64,000 nt of DNA from Antechinus flavipes (GCF_016432865.1 NC_067400.1:623968001-624032000), one strand, 5' to 3'. Counted from the first letter of the stretch, positions 1-22,127 are shown. Program-made: numbers and translations. The notes: generated by a model not told the origin, from the sequence alone.

Positions 1-4667
<4,667 letters not shown>

Positions 4668-4810
4668 TGACGGGCCGCTGGCCCCAGAGGCGGAGCCCCC
4701 TGCGCCTGGGGTCTCTGCCCCGTGAGTGTGGGAGCCTTGGATGCATCCTGAGGCCTGGGCTCAGGGCACGCAATGGAGGGGGCTTGGCAGCAGGGGAGTG
4801 GATGTGATGA

Positions 4811-9486
<4,676 letters not shown>

Positions 9487-10247
9487 CGGACCCGGCCCCC
9501 CCGGCCCGGCCCCAGGACGCGGCGGAGGCCGAAGGAGCGCCAGGGCCCGGGTCAGGACCACGGACAGAGGTGGGGCCGGAGCCAGGACCCGCAGGGCTGG
9601 GGCCCAGCCAGGGTGGGGGCTGCACGGGGTTCCCTGAGCCCCGCGGGCTTTTTTAACCTGACAAGGGCTTTTTAACGTCATGGGAATGGGGGGGTCCTCC
9701 CCTCCACCCTCGCCCCTCTCGTGGGGGCTCCCGCACCATCACTGTGCTGCTCCCCACGCCCAGATACCACCAGGGACCACCCCCCCTCCGGGGGAGAGGG
9801 GGCTGTTTTTAACCTTCATCACTGGGACACAAAACTGTGAGAGCCGCTCGCTAAACTGTGACCCCCAACCCTGAGACTGACCCCAAGACTGTGACCCCTG
9901 ACCCTGAGACTGTGACCCCTGACCCCAGACTGTGAGCCCGACCCCTTCTCCCTAGCCTCTGACTCCTGAGACTGTTACCCCACCCCCAATCCCCGCCAGA
10001 CACCTTGGGGTCTCCCCGAACTGAACTCTGATCCTCCCCATTCTTTGAACCCCGCTCCTCCGCTACCCCAGACTGCCCTTCACTGTACTCCTGGACATCC
10101 CCCAGACCACGTGTCCCCTCTCCCTCCCAGTAACTGACCTCCAGTGTCCAACCTCAGAACCCCCAGGCCTGGGCCCTCGAAGCCCACCCGGCCCCGCCCT
10201 GCAGCAGGGGAGGGACCTGGGGGGGCTCAGGGGTCCAACCCCCACGG

Positions 10248-10253
10248 AATAAA
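10248..10253 (+). terminator. Probable GRIN2D polyadenylation signal
   Basis: AATAAA about 760 bp after the stop codon, followed by a T-rich stretch. Confidence 0.6.
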
Positions 10254-10334
10254 TCGAGTTTTTATGCCTCCTCAGCCCAGAGCCCTGGACTCCTCCTCTT
10301 GTGCACTGGACAGCAGCACCCAAAGGAAGCAGCC

Positions 10335-11255
10335 CGAGGGACAGACAGAGGGGGAGCAGAAGGGGGGGACAGAGACAGAGGGGGAGAGAGAAAGGGAGAG
10401 ACAGAGGGGGAACAGGAGGGGGGGACAGAGACAGAGGGGGAGCAGAAGGGGGGGACAGAGACAGAGGGGGAGAGAGACAGAAAGGGAGAGACAGAGGGGG
10501 AGCAGAAGGGGGGGACAGAGACAGAGGGGGAGCAGAAGGGGGACAGAGACAGAGGGGGAGCAGGAGGGAGAGAGACAGAGAGAGGGGGAGCAGAAGGGGG
10601 GGACAGAGACAGAGGGGGAGCAGAAGGGGGGACAGAGACAGAGGGGGAACAGGAGGGACAGAGACAGAGGGGGAGAGAGAAAGGGAGAGACAGAGGGGGA
10701 ACAGGAGGGGGGACAGAGACAGGGGGAGCAGAAGGGACAGAGACAGGGGGAGCAGAAGGGGGGACAGAGACAGGGGGAGCAGAAGGGACAGAGACAGGGG
10801 GAGCAGAAGGGACAGAGACAGAGGGGGAGCAGAAGGGGGGAGAGAGAGGAGAGACAGAGGGGGAACAGGAGGGGGGAGAGAGAGGGGGAGCAGAAGGAGG
10901 GAGAGAGACAGAGGGGGAGCAGAAGGGACAGAGACAGAGGGGGAGCAGAAGGGGGGAGAGAGAGGAGAGACAGAGGGGGAACAGGAGGGGGGAGAGAGAG
11001 GGGGAGCAGAAGGAGGGAGAGAGACAGAGGGGGAACAGGAGGGGGGGACAGAGACAGAGGGGGAACAGGAGGGGGGGACAGAGACAGGGGAGAGAGACAG
11101 AAAGGGAGAGACAGAGGGGGAGCAGAAGGGACAGAGACAGAGGGGGAACAGGAGGGGGGAGAGAGACAGAGGGGGAACAGGAGGGAGAGAGACAGAGACA
11201 GGGGGAGCAGAAGGGAGGGGGACAGAGACAGAGGGGGAGAGAGACAGACAGAGTG
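10335..11255. repeat. Purine-rich (GA) ~30-bp degenerate tandem repeat
   Basis: GACAGAGACAGAGGGGGAGCAGAAGGGGGG-like units; almost no T on the + strand. Confidence 0.9.
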
Positions 11256-12240
11256 AGGGAGGGAAGCGGGGAGAAGGAAAGCCTAGGAGGCGGGACCCGC
11301 GCCCCCGCTGAGACCACAGGAATCAGGCCCGGAATGCCCAGGAACTTGGCCCCAGGGACTGGGGGAGGAGGGCCTCGGCCTCGGCGGGGCTGGGGGACAA
11401 GCTCCACCCAAAGCCGTGCCCCGGCCGTGCGGCGCCGTGTGGGCTGAGGAGGGGTCCCCTGTGGAAGGGGCAGAGGAAACGGGAGAGGGGCGCCCGGAGC
11501 AGGGGCCCTGCACAAGCAGAGGCAGGGGCTGAAGGGGACGTCGGGCACAGAAAGCCCGGCTGAGGAGAAGCCGGGGAGACCCGTGGGACTAAAAAAGCCG
11601 GGGGGGGGACGGGGGGAGGACGGGGGGAGAGGGGGGAAGCCTACACCACGGCGGGGGCGTGGCCCAGAGGTGAAATGGACAAGGCCTGCGCCAGGTAGGC
11701 TGGGGTGGGAGAGGGTGGTCGCGTGTGCAGTATGGAGGAAGGTCAGGGAGAGGGAGGCTGGGGGGAGGCGGTCACGTTTGGGGCGTGCGTGTGTCACCTG
11801 GCATCTCCAGCCGGCAATGTGCCCCCCCCCCGCACCTCCCCCCTCCCCCTCGGCATAGAGGTGGCGGCTGAGGGCACCCCCAAGGGCGGTCGTACTGAGG
11901 GAGAAGGGAGGGTCCGGGACCCATGGGAGGGACATCAGAGCGCGCAAGCTGAGAAGGCAGAGCCGGAGCGGCCGGAGAGGGAGAGGAGAGCCGGACCCGC
12001 GCTGTCCGAGGCTGTCAGGGACGGAAGAGGGGGCAGCTTAGGGGAAAGGATGAGGTCAGAAGTCAGCTTGGGAGGGGACAAAATGGAGGCACTGATGGGG
12101 ATCCCCCAAAGAGAAGAGAGCTGGAAGACGTGCTCCAGGCTCGCCCTACCGGGGAAACCTCCAGGCTTTCTGCCTGCACTCGAGGAGGGGCAGAAGCGGG
12201 GAAAAGCAAGCCGGGCTTGGTGGCTCCTCTCTCCCTCAGA

Positions 12241-12338
12241 ACTACGACTCCCGGCATGCTGCGCGCGACCGTCGCCATGGTGACGCACGGAGAGGGCGGA
12301 GCCAGGGCATCTGCCGCGCAGACTCCAAGATGGCGGCG
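12241..12338 (+). promoter_or_regulatory. GRWD1 proximal promoter motifs (ZNF143/ACTACA-type, X-box-like, YY1)
   Basis: ACTACGACTCCCGGCATGC at 12241-12259, GTCGCCATGGTGAC at 12271-12284, CAAGATGGCGGC over the ATG; CpG-rich. Confidence 0.6.
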
Positions 12339-15300
12339 CGCAAGGGTTCCGGTCGCACGTGTAAAGGGAAGGCTAAGACGCCGAGCAGTCCGCCGCGTGT
12401 CTACGTCCCGGGTCGGGGTCCGCCGCTGCAGGAAGACGAGGAGCTGGTGCGGGACCAGGAGGCCTACGTGCTGTACCACCGCGCCCAGACCGGTGCGGCC
12501 AGAGGGGCGGGGGGAGCGCTGGGCAGGGGGGCGGAGACGGGAGGAAGGGGAGCCGAGAGGGAGGGGGCGGGCCGGGGCCTCGCCCCTGAGCCCCTTCTCC
12601 CTCCTGGCAGGCTCGCCATGCCTCAGCTTCGACGTGGTCCGGGACCAGCTGGGGGACTCTCGCAGCGACTTCCCCCTGAGCCTGTACTTGTGCGCGGGGA
12701 CCCAGGCGCCCAGCGCTCAGAGCAATCGGTGGGTGGGGAGCCCCCGGGACGCCCCTGCGGGTGGGACAGACACCCCCGGGCACAGGGAGCCCCCGGGACG
12801 CCCCTGCGGGTGGGGCAGACACCCCCGGCACAGGGAGCCCCCGGGACGCCCCTGCGGGTGGGACAGACACCCCGGGCACAGGGAGCCCCCCGGGACGCCC
12901 CTGCGGGTGGGGCAGACACCCCCGGGCACAGGGAGCCCCCGGGACGCCCCTGCGGGTGGGACAGACACCCCCGGGCACAGGGAGCCCCCGGGACGCCCCT
13001 GCGGGTGGGACAGACACCCCCGGGCACAGGGAGCCCCCGGGACGCCCCTGCGGGTGGGACAGACACCCCGGGCACAGGGAGCCCCCCGGGACGCCCCTGC
13101 GGGTGGGGCAGACACCCCCGGGCACAGGGAGCCCCCGGGACGCCCCTGCGGGTGGGACAGACACCCCCGGGCACAGGGAGCCCCCGGGACGCCCCTGCGG
13201 GTGGGACAGACACCCCGGGCACAGGGAGCCCCCCGGGACGCCCCTGCGGGTGGGGCAGACACCCCCGGGCACAGGGAGCCCCCGGGACGCCCCTGCGGGT
13301 GGGGCAGACACCCCCGGGCACAGGGAGCCCCCGGGACGCCCCTGCGGGTGGGACAGACACCCCGGGCACAGGGAGCCCCCGGGACGCCCCCGCGGGTGGG
13401 GCAGACACCCCGGGCACAGGGAGCCCCCGGGACGCCCCTGCGGGTGGGACAGACACCCCGGGCACAGGGAGCCCCCGGGACGCCCCTGCGGGTGGGGCAG
13501 ACCCCTCCATCCTGGGCCGGCCCTGACTCCTGACTCCCCCCAGGCTGATGGTAATGCGGATGCACAACCTGCACGGGACCCCCAAAAGGGAGGGCTCTGA
13601 GGACAGTGAGAGTGAAAGCGAGGAGGAGGAGGAGGAGGAGAAGAAGCCGCAGCTGGAGCTGGCCATGGTCCCCCACTACGGAGCCATTAACCGAGTCCGG
13701 GTAACCCCGCGTCTGGGCCTGGCAGAGGGGGTTGCTGGGGTCCTGGTGGGCGCCCCAGGCCACCTAATCCTTCTCCCCCTTCCCTCTCCCTCAGGTTGCA
13801 TGGCTCGGGGAGACCCCTGTGGCGGGGGTTTGGTCCGAGAAGGGCCAGGTGGAGGTGTTTTCCCTTCGCAGGCCCCTGGAGGCAGTGGATGACCCCCACG
13901 TCCTGGCGGCCTTCCTGAGGGAGGAGCAGGCCCAGACCCGGCCCCTGTTTGCCTTCGCCGGCCACATGGCCGAGGGCTTTGCCCTGGACTGGTCTCCCCG
14001 GCTGCCCGGTGAGACCCTGAGCGGGATGGGAGGGGGGAGTTGGAGAAAAGTGGGAGCAAAAAGGGGGTGACACAGCCAAGAAGAGTCTTTGGGGGGCCGA
14101 ACGATAGGTCTTTCTGGAACGCAGGTCGCCTGCTGACGGGGGATTGTCAGAAAAACATTCACCTCTGGACACCCACCGACGGGGGCTCCTGGCACGTGGA
14201 CCAGCGGCCGTTCGCCGCCCATTCCCGCTCGGTGGAGGATCTGCAGTGGTCGCCGACCGAGGACACGGTGAGGTCGGGGGCTGGGGAGGCTGGCCCCGAG
14301 AGGGCTCTTTTTGGGGAGGGAGGCAGGGAACACGCATAGGTTTTGTACCTACTGAGTGCCGAGTGCTTTACCATCGTATCTCACTTCATCCTTACAGACA
14401 CTAGTAAGATTCACATTTGACAGTCGAGGAAACTGAGGCAGGCGGAGTTGAATTGACTTGCCCCAGGTTCCACAGCTAGCAAGCATCTGAGGTTCCATAC
14501 ACTGTGGCGCCCCCTCACGGCCCCGGGGAAGAGACAGCATCCCTAAAAGTTCCCCCTGTTTCCCCCAGGTCTTTGCCTCATGCTCCGCCGACGCCTCCAT
14601 CCGAATATGGGACACCCGGGCAGCGCCGAGCCGGGCCTGCATGCTCACGGCCCCCGCCGCCCACGACGCGGACGTCAACGTCATCAGCTGGAGCCGGAGG
14701 GAGACGTCCTTCCTGCTCAGCGGGGGTGACGATGGCGCCCTCAAGGTCTGGGATCTCAGGCAGTTCACGGTGAGTCCCCGGGGTACGGGCACTGCCCAGA
14801 GGGCCTTAGCTGAGGGTGGCTCCGATGCTCTGATCCTGTGATTTTGGTGTGTGCCGGTGTATACATGTGGTGTATATATGTGCATGTGCTAGTGTGGTGT
14901 ATACCTGTGGTGTATATATGTGCACGTCCTAGTGTGGTGTATATATGTGCGTGTGCTAGTGTGGTGTATACATGTGGCGTATATGTGTGCGTGTCCTAGT
15001 GTGATGTATGCATGTGGCATATACGTGTGTGTTAGCATGGTGTATACATGTGGTGTATATATGTGCACGTCCTAGTGTGGTGTATACATGTGGCGTATAT
15101 GTGTGCGTGTCCTAGTGTGATGTATGCATGTGGCATATACGTGTGTGTGTTAGCATGGTGTATACATGTGGTGTATATATGTGCACGTCCTATATGTGTG
15201 TGTGTGTGTGCTAGTGTGGTGTATATGTGTGTTTGCTAGTATGGTGTATACATGTGGTGTATATATATGCATGTCCTAGTGTGATGTATACATGTGGCGT

Positions 15301-16359
15301 ATATATGTACGTGTGCTAGTATGGTGTATACATGTGTGTATATATGCATGTACTGGTGTGGTTTATACATGTGGCATATATATGTGCATGTGCTAGTATG
15401 GTGTATACATGTGGTGCATGTGTGTGTGTGTGCTAGTGTGGTGTATACATGTGGTATATATATGTGTGTGTTAATGTGGTGTGTATATATGCGTGTGCTT
15501 GTGTGGTGTATACATGTGGTATATATGTGTGTGTGTGCTAGTGTGGTGTATACATGTGGTATATATGTGTGTGTGGTGTATACATGTGGTATATATGTGT
15601 GTGTTAATGTGGTGTGTATATATGCGTGTGCTAGTATGGTGTATACATGTGGCGTATATATGTGCATGTGCTAGTATGGTGTATACATGTGGTATATATA
15701 TGTGTGTGTGTTAATGTGGTGTGTATATATGCGTGTGCTAGTGTGGTGTATACATGCGGCATATATATGTGCGCATGTCGGTGTGCACATGTGGGGGGTG
15801 TACTAGTGTATACAGAGGTGTGCCGGTGTGGCGTACACGCCTCGGTGGCCGTGCGTGGGGGCGCGTCACCTGTGTGGCTTTGTGGGTGACTTTGGACCGG
15901 TCGCTCCCGCCCCTTCTGGCACTCGGTGGTCCATTGGTCGGTCCGCCGGACCCGAGGCTTCGGGGAACGTGCCCGCGGGGGCTTTGCCTCGCCCGGCCCG
16001 GGCAGCAGGCCGGCCTGACGGACCCCCTCGTTCTGCAGGCCGGCGCCCCCGTGGCCACCTTCAAGCAGCACGTGGCGCCCGTGACCTCCGTGGAGTGGCA
16101 CCCGCAGGACGGCGGGGTCTTTGCGGCGGCCGGGGCGGACGACCAGCTGACGCAGTGGGATCTGGCGGTGGAGCGGGACCCGGAGGAGGGCGACACGGAG
16201 GAGGCAGACCCCCTGGTGGCCGGGCTCCCCCAGCAGCTGCTCTTTGTGCACCAGGGCGAGACGGACATCAAGGAGCTGCACTGGCACCCCCAGTGCCCGG
16301 GCGTCCTCATCAGCACGGCCCTGTCGGGGTTCACCGTCTTCCGCACCATCAGCGTCTGA
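12330..16359 (+). CDS. GRWD1: Glutamate-rich WD repeat-containing protein 1 (7 coding exons)
   Basis: Exons 12330-12492, 12611-12728, 13544-13700, 13795-14008, 14125-14267, 14569-14769, 16039-16359. MAARKG start, acidic [11 protein letters not shown] tract, WD repeats, ends [10 protein letters not shown]-stop. Phases are consistent. Confidence 0.97.
12736..13503. repeat. 48-49-bp GC-rich minisatellite (~16 copies) in GRWD1 intron 2
   Basis: GGGAGCCCCCGGGACGCCCCTGCGGGTGGGACAGACACCCCCGGGCACA repeated. Confidence 0.95.
14340..14495. mobile_element. MIR/CORE-SINE fragment in GRWD1 intron 5
   Basis: Core-like GAGGAAACTGAGGC...TGACTTGCCCCAGG...CACAGCTAG. Confidence 0.6.
14855..15830. repeat. TG/TA-rich low-complexity tandem repeat in GRWD1 intron 6
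   Basis: GTGTGGTGTATACATGTGGTATATATGTG...GCTA-type units of ~35-40 bp. Confidence 0.9.
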
Positions 16360-16461
16360 GCCGGAGGCCCCGGGCCCCCGCGCGGCTCCCCAGCTCCCAC
16401 GGACTGAGACGGAGCGGGGGGAGGGCGGGGGCCGGGGGCCGGGGATGGTGCACACGTGATC

Positions 16462-16467
16462 AATAAA
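16462..16467 (+). terminator. Probable GRWD1 polyadenylation signal
   Basis: AATAAA about 100 bp after the stop codon. Confidence 0.7.
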
Positions 16468-17714
16468 GTCAGAGAACGAAGGCTTGGTCTGTGGTGATTC
16501 TGGCCTCCATTTCTGCTCCTGACCTCTCCCCCCCACTGTCCATCCTGTTTCTGGCCTGCTCTCCTGTTCCTCCCCCCGGGCCCCCCAGTTCTTGCCGTCC
16601 CTCTCCCTTCTCTTGCCCCTTTTCTTCTCCCTCCGCTCTCTGGCTCTTCCTGTCTCTGTATGGGTATCTCTGTGGGTCTCTGCGTTTTCCCCTCCCTCTT
16701 TTCCTGTTTATGTGTATGTCTGTCTCTCCCCCCTCTGTCTCTATGTCTCTCTTCCTTTTCCTTTCTCCCCTCTTCCCTCCCTCTTTCTCTCTCTCTGTTC
16801 CCCTCTTTCTTCCTTCCTGTCTCAGCATCTCTTCTTCACTCCATCTCTGTATGTGTCTCTGTCCCTGGGTCTTTGTCTCGAGTATTTCTAAGTCTCTTTT
16901 CCTCTGGGTGTCTCTGTCTCTTTGTCTCTGGGTCTCTATGTCTCTGAGCCTCTTCCCCCCTCCCCCTCATCTTTTGAGGTGGCTCCCTCCCCATCTCCCC
17001 ATTTCCAAATCTCTCCCGCTGGCTCCGGCCCAGCCCCTCTCCCCCCTCCCCCTCCCCCCCGCCCGGGGCTGCCGCTCTTCTCCCTCACCCCCACCTCTGA
17101 CCCGGTCCTTTTCTTGGCTCCTGGGTCTCATTTCCGTCCCTTCCAACTTTCTCCAGAGCCGGGCTCAGGGCCAGCTCTGACTCCCCTCCCCCGGCCTGGC
17201 TCCCCCCTCTGCGGCTCCCTGAGCTGGCCCCGCCCCCCCATCCTCCTAAGGCTGCTCTGATCCCTGCCCGAGAGCCACCCAGGGCCCGCTCTGGACACTC
17301 CCCCCACCCCCCCCCACCCCACAGATGTCCTCCGGCCAGGGAGCTGGGCCCGTGACACGGGGCGCAGAGGAGATCCTGCCGAGTGGGATGGGGGCCGCCG
17401 GCCCCGGCAGGTAAGGGGGGCTCAGGCCCGGGGCGCCTCCCCGCCCATCCTGGGGTCCGCCCGCTCTCGGGCTGGCTCTGTACCCACCTGTTTGTCTGCC
17501 CTGATCCCTTCTCCTCTTCCCCATCACGAGGGGCGGCTCTGCCCACCTTGGGGGGGGGCCCTTGAGGTTCCTCTTGCTCTCGGGGCTCATTCTGGCTCTC
17601 CCCTGCTGGCTGTGGGCGAGCCGGTCCCGGCGGCTCCCTGTTGGCACTGGGCTTCCTGTTGCCTCTCCGCATCTCTCCATAGCCCGGCCTCTGCATCTCT
17701 GCCTCTGAGACTCA

Positions 17715-18735
17715 CCCCCTGGTCCCTCGCTCTCTGACATCAGGCCCCCTGCTGTGTCTGGCATCTGTCCCCTGCATCCCTGGCCCCCTGGCTGGCTGGC
17801 TGACATCTGTCCCCTGCATCCCTGGCCCCCTGGCTGGCTGGCTGACATCTGTCCCCTGCATCCCTGGCCCCCTTGCTGTTACATGTCTCCCTGGCTGACT
17901 GACATGTCTCCTGCATCCCTGTCCCCCTGGCTGGCTGACATCTGTCCCCTGCATCCCTGGCCCCCTTGCTGTTACATGTCTCCCTGGCTGACTGACATGT
18001 CTTCTGCATCCCTGACTCCCTGTCTGACATCTGTCCCCTGCATCCCTGGCCCCCTGGCTGTTACATCTGTCCCCTGCATCCCTGACTCCCTGACATCTGT
18101 CCCCTGCCTCCCTGGCCCCCTGACTCCCTGACATCTGTCCCCTGCCTCCCTGGCCCCCTGGCTGTCTGACATCTGTCCCCCACTGTCCAACATCTGTCCC
18201 CTGCCTCCCTGGCCCCCTGGCTGTCTGACATCTGTCCCCCACTGTCCAACATCTGTCCCCTGCCTCCCTGGCCCCCTGGCTGTCCGACATCTGTCCCCCA
18301 CTGTCATACATCTGTCCCCTGCATCCCTGGCCCCCTGGCTGGCTGACTGACATGTCTCCTGCATCCCTGCCTCCCTGTCCCCCTGGCTGGCTGACATCTG
18401 TCCCCTGCATCCCTGGCCCCCTTGCTGTGTTAATCTGTCCCCAGCATCCCCAGCCCCCTTGCTGTTACATGTCTCCCTGGCTGGCTGATATGTCCCCTGC
18501 ATCCCTGACTCCCTGTCTGACACCTGTCCCCTGCCTCCCTGTCCCCCTGGCTGGCTGACATCTGTCCCCTGCCTCCCTGGCCCCCTGGCTGTCCGACATC
18601 TGTCCCCCACTGTCATACATCTGTCCCCTGCCTCCCTGGCCCCCTGGCTGGCTGACATCTGTCCCCTGCATCCCTGGCCCCCTGGCTGTCCAACATCTGT
18701 CCCCTGCCTCCCTGGCCCCCTGTTGTCTCTGCATC
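17715..18735. repeat. Pyrimidine-rich ~34-42-bp minisatellite upstream of KCNJ14
   Basis: GACATCTGTCCCCTGCATCCCTGGCCCCCTGGCT units with variants. Confidence 0.92.
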
Positions 18736-19111
18736 TGTCTCTGTGACAAGCCAGTCTCTGCCCATCTCTGCCTTGCTGGGGGGGAGGGGCAGGGCTACCT
18801 GTCCCCAGATTAGATATTGACTTTGACATGAAATTGTCATCCCCTAAGCCGAGTCTCGGCTGAATATGGAAACATAAGCTGCTCCTGCCGCTGGGGGGGG
18901 GGGGGGGTCAGGGGGCACCGAACGTCAGGGCCAGAGCCACCACGTGGCAGGGAGGGCGGGCCCGCTCCCCTCCCGCCCTCTGTCCCAGTGGCAGAGCCCC
19001 GGAGGCCGGCTGGCAGAAGGGGCCCGGAGCCCCGGGGGGTCATGGGCTTGGGGGTCCGCGGTCTTCACGCCCCTTCTTCCCCCGCAGGTGCCCTACCGCC
19101 CGCTAGCCCCC

Positions 19112-21137
19112 ATGGGGGTGTCCGGCGTCCTGAGGCGCCTGAGCGGCGTCCCGCACTCCGCCGAGGACGACCTGGGGGAGGAAGGCGGCCCGGCAGCCTG
19201 CCGCAACGGGCGCTCCCCCGGGGGCGCTGAGGCGGGCCTGGGCTCCCGGCGCCGGGGCCGCTTCGTCAAGAAGGACGGCCACTGCAACGTGCGCTTCGTC
19301 CACCTGGGGGAGCACGGCGCGCGCTACCTCAGCGACCTGTTCACCACCTGCGTGGACGTGCGCTGGCGCTGGATGTGCCTCTTCTTCTCGTGCTCGTTCG
19401 TGCTGTCCTGGCTGCTGTTCGGCCTGGCCTTCTGGCTCATCGCCTCGCTGCACGGGGACCTGGCGGCGCCCCCGCCCGCCGCGCCCTGCTTCTCGCAGGT
19501 GGGCAGCTTCCTGGCCGCCTTCCTCTTCGCGCTGGAGACGCAGACGTCCATCGGCTACGGCGTGCGCAGCGTGACGGAGGAGTGCCCGGCCGCCGTGGTG
19601 GCCGTGGTGCTGCAGTGCATCGCGGGCTGCGTGCTGGACGCCTTCGTGGTGGGCGCCATCATGGCCAAGATCGCCAAGCCCAAGAAGCGCAACGAGACGC
19701 TGGTGTTCAGCGAGAACGCCGTCGTGGCCCTGCGCGACCACCGCCTCTGCCTCATGTGGCGCGTGGGCAACCTGCGGCGCAGCCACCTGGTGGAGGCCCA
19801 CGTGCGCGCGCAGCTGCTGCAGGTGAGCGGCGGCTCGGAAGCGGCCGGGGGCTCCGGGGCGGGGCGGGCCGGGACCGGGGTCCCCAAGCGCCGGACTCGG
19901 GCCGGTCTGCGGGACAGGGGCGGTGCGGCTCGGGAGGCGGCCGGGGGCTCCGGGGCGGGGCGGGCCGGGACCGGGGTCCCCAAGCGCCGGACTCGGGCCG
20001 GTCTGCGGGACAGGAGGCGGCTGGAGGGCTGCCGGCCGGAGCTTCCCCGGCTCGGCCAAGGCCCCCGGGACCCCTTGGGGAGATCTGGGGGGCGGGAGGG
20101 ACCACAGACTCCCTTGTGCCCACAGGCTTTGGGCCGGCGCCGGCCTCAACCCCCTGAGCCTCCTTGGCGGGGAGGGGAGGGGGTCAGTGAGGCTGCTCGT
20201 TTTCCCGGTATGGAAGCGGCCCTCCACTGCGGGTCTAAATCCCGCTTGGCCGTAGTCTAGTGTCCCGTGACAAGGGCTGCCCCTCCTTTGGGGGGGTGCG
20301 AGGTGACAAGCTGCTGCAGCCTCCTGCAGGATGTGGGGCCCACCAAAGCCCCAGAGGAATGGTGGGACTGGGGAAAGAGACCCTCATTTGGAGTCTGAGG
20401 AAGCAGCCGGCTCCCACGTGTGCGGGAACAGCATTTGTCCCCTGGGCTGGTGTGTGTCCCTCCCTGTGCCCCTCCCTGCATCCCTCCCTCCTGCGGACGG
20501 GTCTCTGAGCCCCGGCTCGCCCGCCTCTCCCCAGCCTCGAGTCACCCCAGAAGGCGAGTACATCCCCCTGGACCACCAGGACGTGGACGTGGGATTCGAC
20601 GGCGGCACAGACCGCATCTTCCTGGTGTCCCCCATCACCATCGTGCACGAGATCGACGCTTCCAGCCCCCTGTACGAGATGGGCCGGGCCGAGCTGGCCC
20701 GCGCGGACTTCGAGCTGGTGGTCATCCTGGAGGGCATGGTGGAAGCCACCGCCATGACCACCCAGTGCCGCTCCTCCTACCTGCCGGGGGAGCTCCTGTG
20801 GGGCCACCTCTTCGAGCCCGTGCTCTTCCAGAGAGGGGCCCACTACGAGGTGGACTACCGCCACTTTCACCGAACCTATGAGGTGCCGGGGACCCCCGTC
20901 TGCAGTGCCCGGGAGCTGGATGAGAGGCGGGCCCTGGGGGACAGTGACAGCCCCGGGCCCAAGGGGGGCCTGCCTGGTGCCCTGGCTGCCTTCTGCTATG
21001 AGAACGAGGTGGCCCTCAGCTGCTGCCAGGAGGAGGAGGAGGTCGAGGAGGAGAGGGGGGACGCCCAGGCGGAGGCCAGCCCCAGGGCCCCCACCCCGCC
21101 CCTACCCCCATCCCCTGAACTGGCCCCCCCTCCTTGA
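19112..21137 (+). CDS. KCNJ14: Inward rectifier K+ channel Kir2.4 (2 coding exons)
   Basis: Exons 19112-19822 ([13 protein letters not shown]; selectivity filter TQTSIGYG; phase-0 GT) and 20535-21137 ([32 protein letters not shown]). The intron position after RAQLLQ matches KCNJ14. Confidence 0.96.
19832..20015. repeat. Two-copy 96-bp tandem duplication at the start of the KCNJ14 intron
   Basis: GGGACCGGGGTCCCCAAGCGCCGGACTCGGG at 19871 and 19967. Confidence 0.85.
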
Positions 21138-22121
21138 GGAAAGGCAGGCAGGGCTGGGGGACGGCAATTCCCCGTGTCATGGAGCTTGGCATGTAGTCCC
21201 TGGCGGGGGAGGAGCTGGAATGGAGGCCCGGAACCCCTTCCCTGGGGCCTAGGCTAGGACGGATGGGGAGGCAGTGCATGCTGCCTGGACCCTGGACGCA
21301 GGAAAGGCGGGGCGGCCTCGGGGGTAGAACCTTCTGGACTAATTGGCAGCCCCTCCTCCCCACTTTCCCAACGGGGGTGGGGAATGAGGCCCCCCCACAT
21401 CCCTACCGACCCCCCCCTCCTCTTTCTCCTTCCAGCCCTTCCCTTCTGGGCTCAATCTTGCCTGGAGTCCAAGAGGCTGGGACTGGCCAGGGTTGTTCTA
21501 GACCCCCCCCCCCCAGGAAGAGAATGGGACCCAGGAAGCCCATCGATTCAGGCCCGGTTTGGGGCGAGGAGGCCGGCCTGGCCTCCAGGCTGAGCCGGAA
21601 GCAGTCAGGTTGCTCGGCCCCCAGAGGAGGGGGCCCTCTCCAGAATGCTGTGCATATACCCACCTACATATAAGTATATAGAGAATATTCTCCCTCGTGT
21701 TCCCTGACTTTGCTGCAGAAGGGGTGGGGCGAGGACGCCTGGGCGGGCCGGGCCAGCATGGGCTAGCCCCCTTCTTCTGCTTTTGCCTGTTAACCGGAGG
21801 GGGTTGGGACGTATTCCCCTTGGGCTGTGCCAGCTGGGCGCCCCGCGAGGAGGCATCCCGGGCTCGCTGGGACTTTTCTGGAAGGCCCCGGAGCAAAGCA
21901 GCTGGCGTTCCCGGGAGGACCTGGCGTGGCCTCTGGCCACCGGGAAGGCTGCAGCATGAGTCACCCGGCCCGAGCTGCTGCGCAGGGCCCAGGCCCCGGC
22001 TGGCCCGCCCTGCCTTGCCCCTGCCCGGGCTCTGGGACGAGTGTGGGGGACGCTGAAGGATCCCGGGGTCTTTCCCACCATTGTTGGGGGTGGAGGGAAC
22101 CTCCTCCCCCCTACCCCCCAG

Positions 22122-22127
22122 AATAAA
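22122..22127 (+). terminator. Probable KCNJ14 polyadenylation signal
   Basis: AATAAA about 1 kb after the stop codon. Confidence 0.5.

Noticed and set aside
10144-11947. Charged repetitive ORFs (GTETEGEQKG, RQRG)
   Set aside because: Low-complexity GA-repeat translations.
12373-13763. Overlapping 280-470-aa ORFs across GRWD1 intron 2
   Set aside because: Read-through of the 48-49-bp minisatellite; the true exons are flanked by canonical splice sites.
18944-19111. In-frame upstream extension of KCNJ14 in the ORF track
   Set aside because: It begins at a non-ATG codon and crosses a clear splice acceptor at ~19087; ATG 19112 matches the orthologous start.
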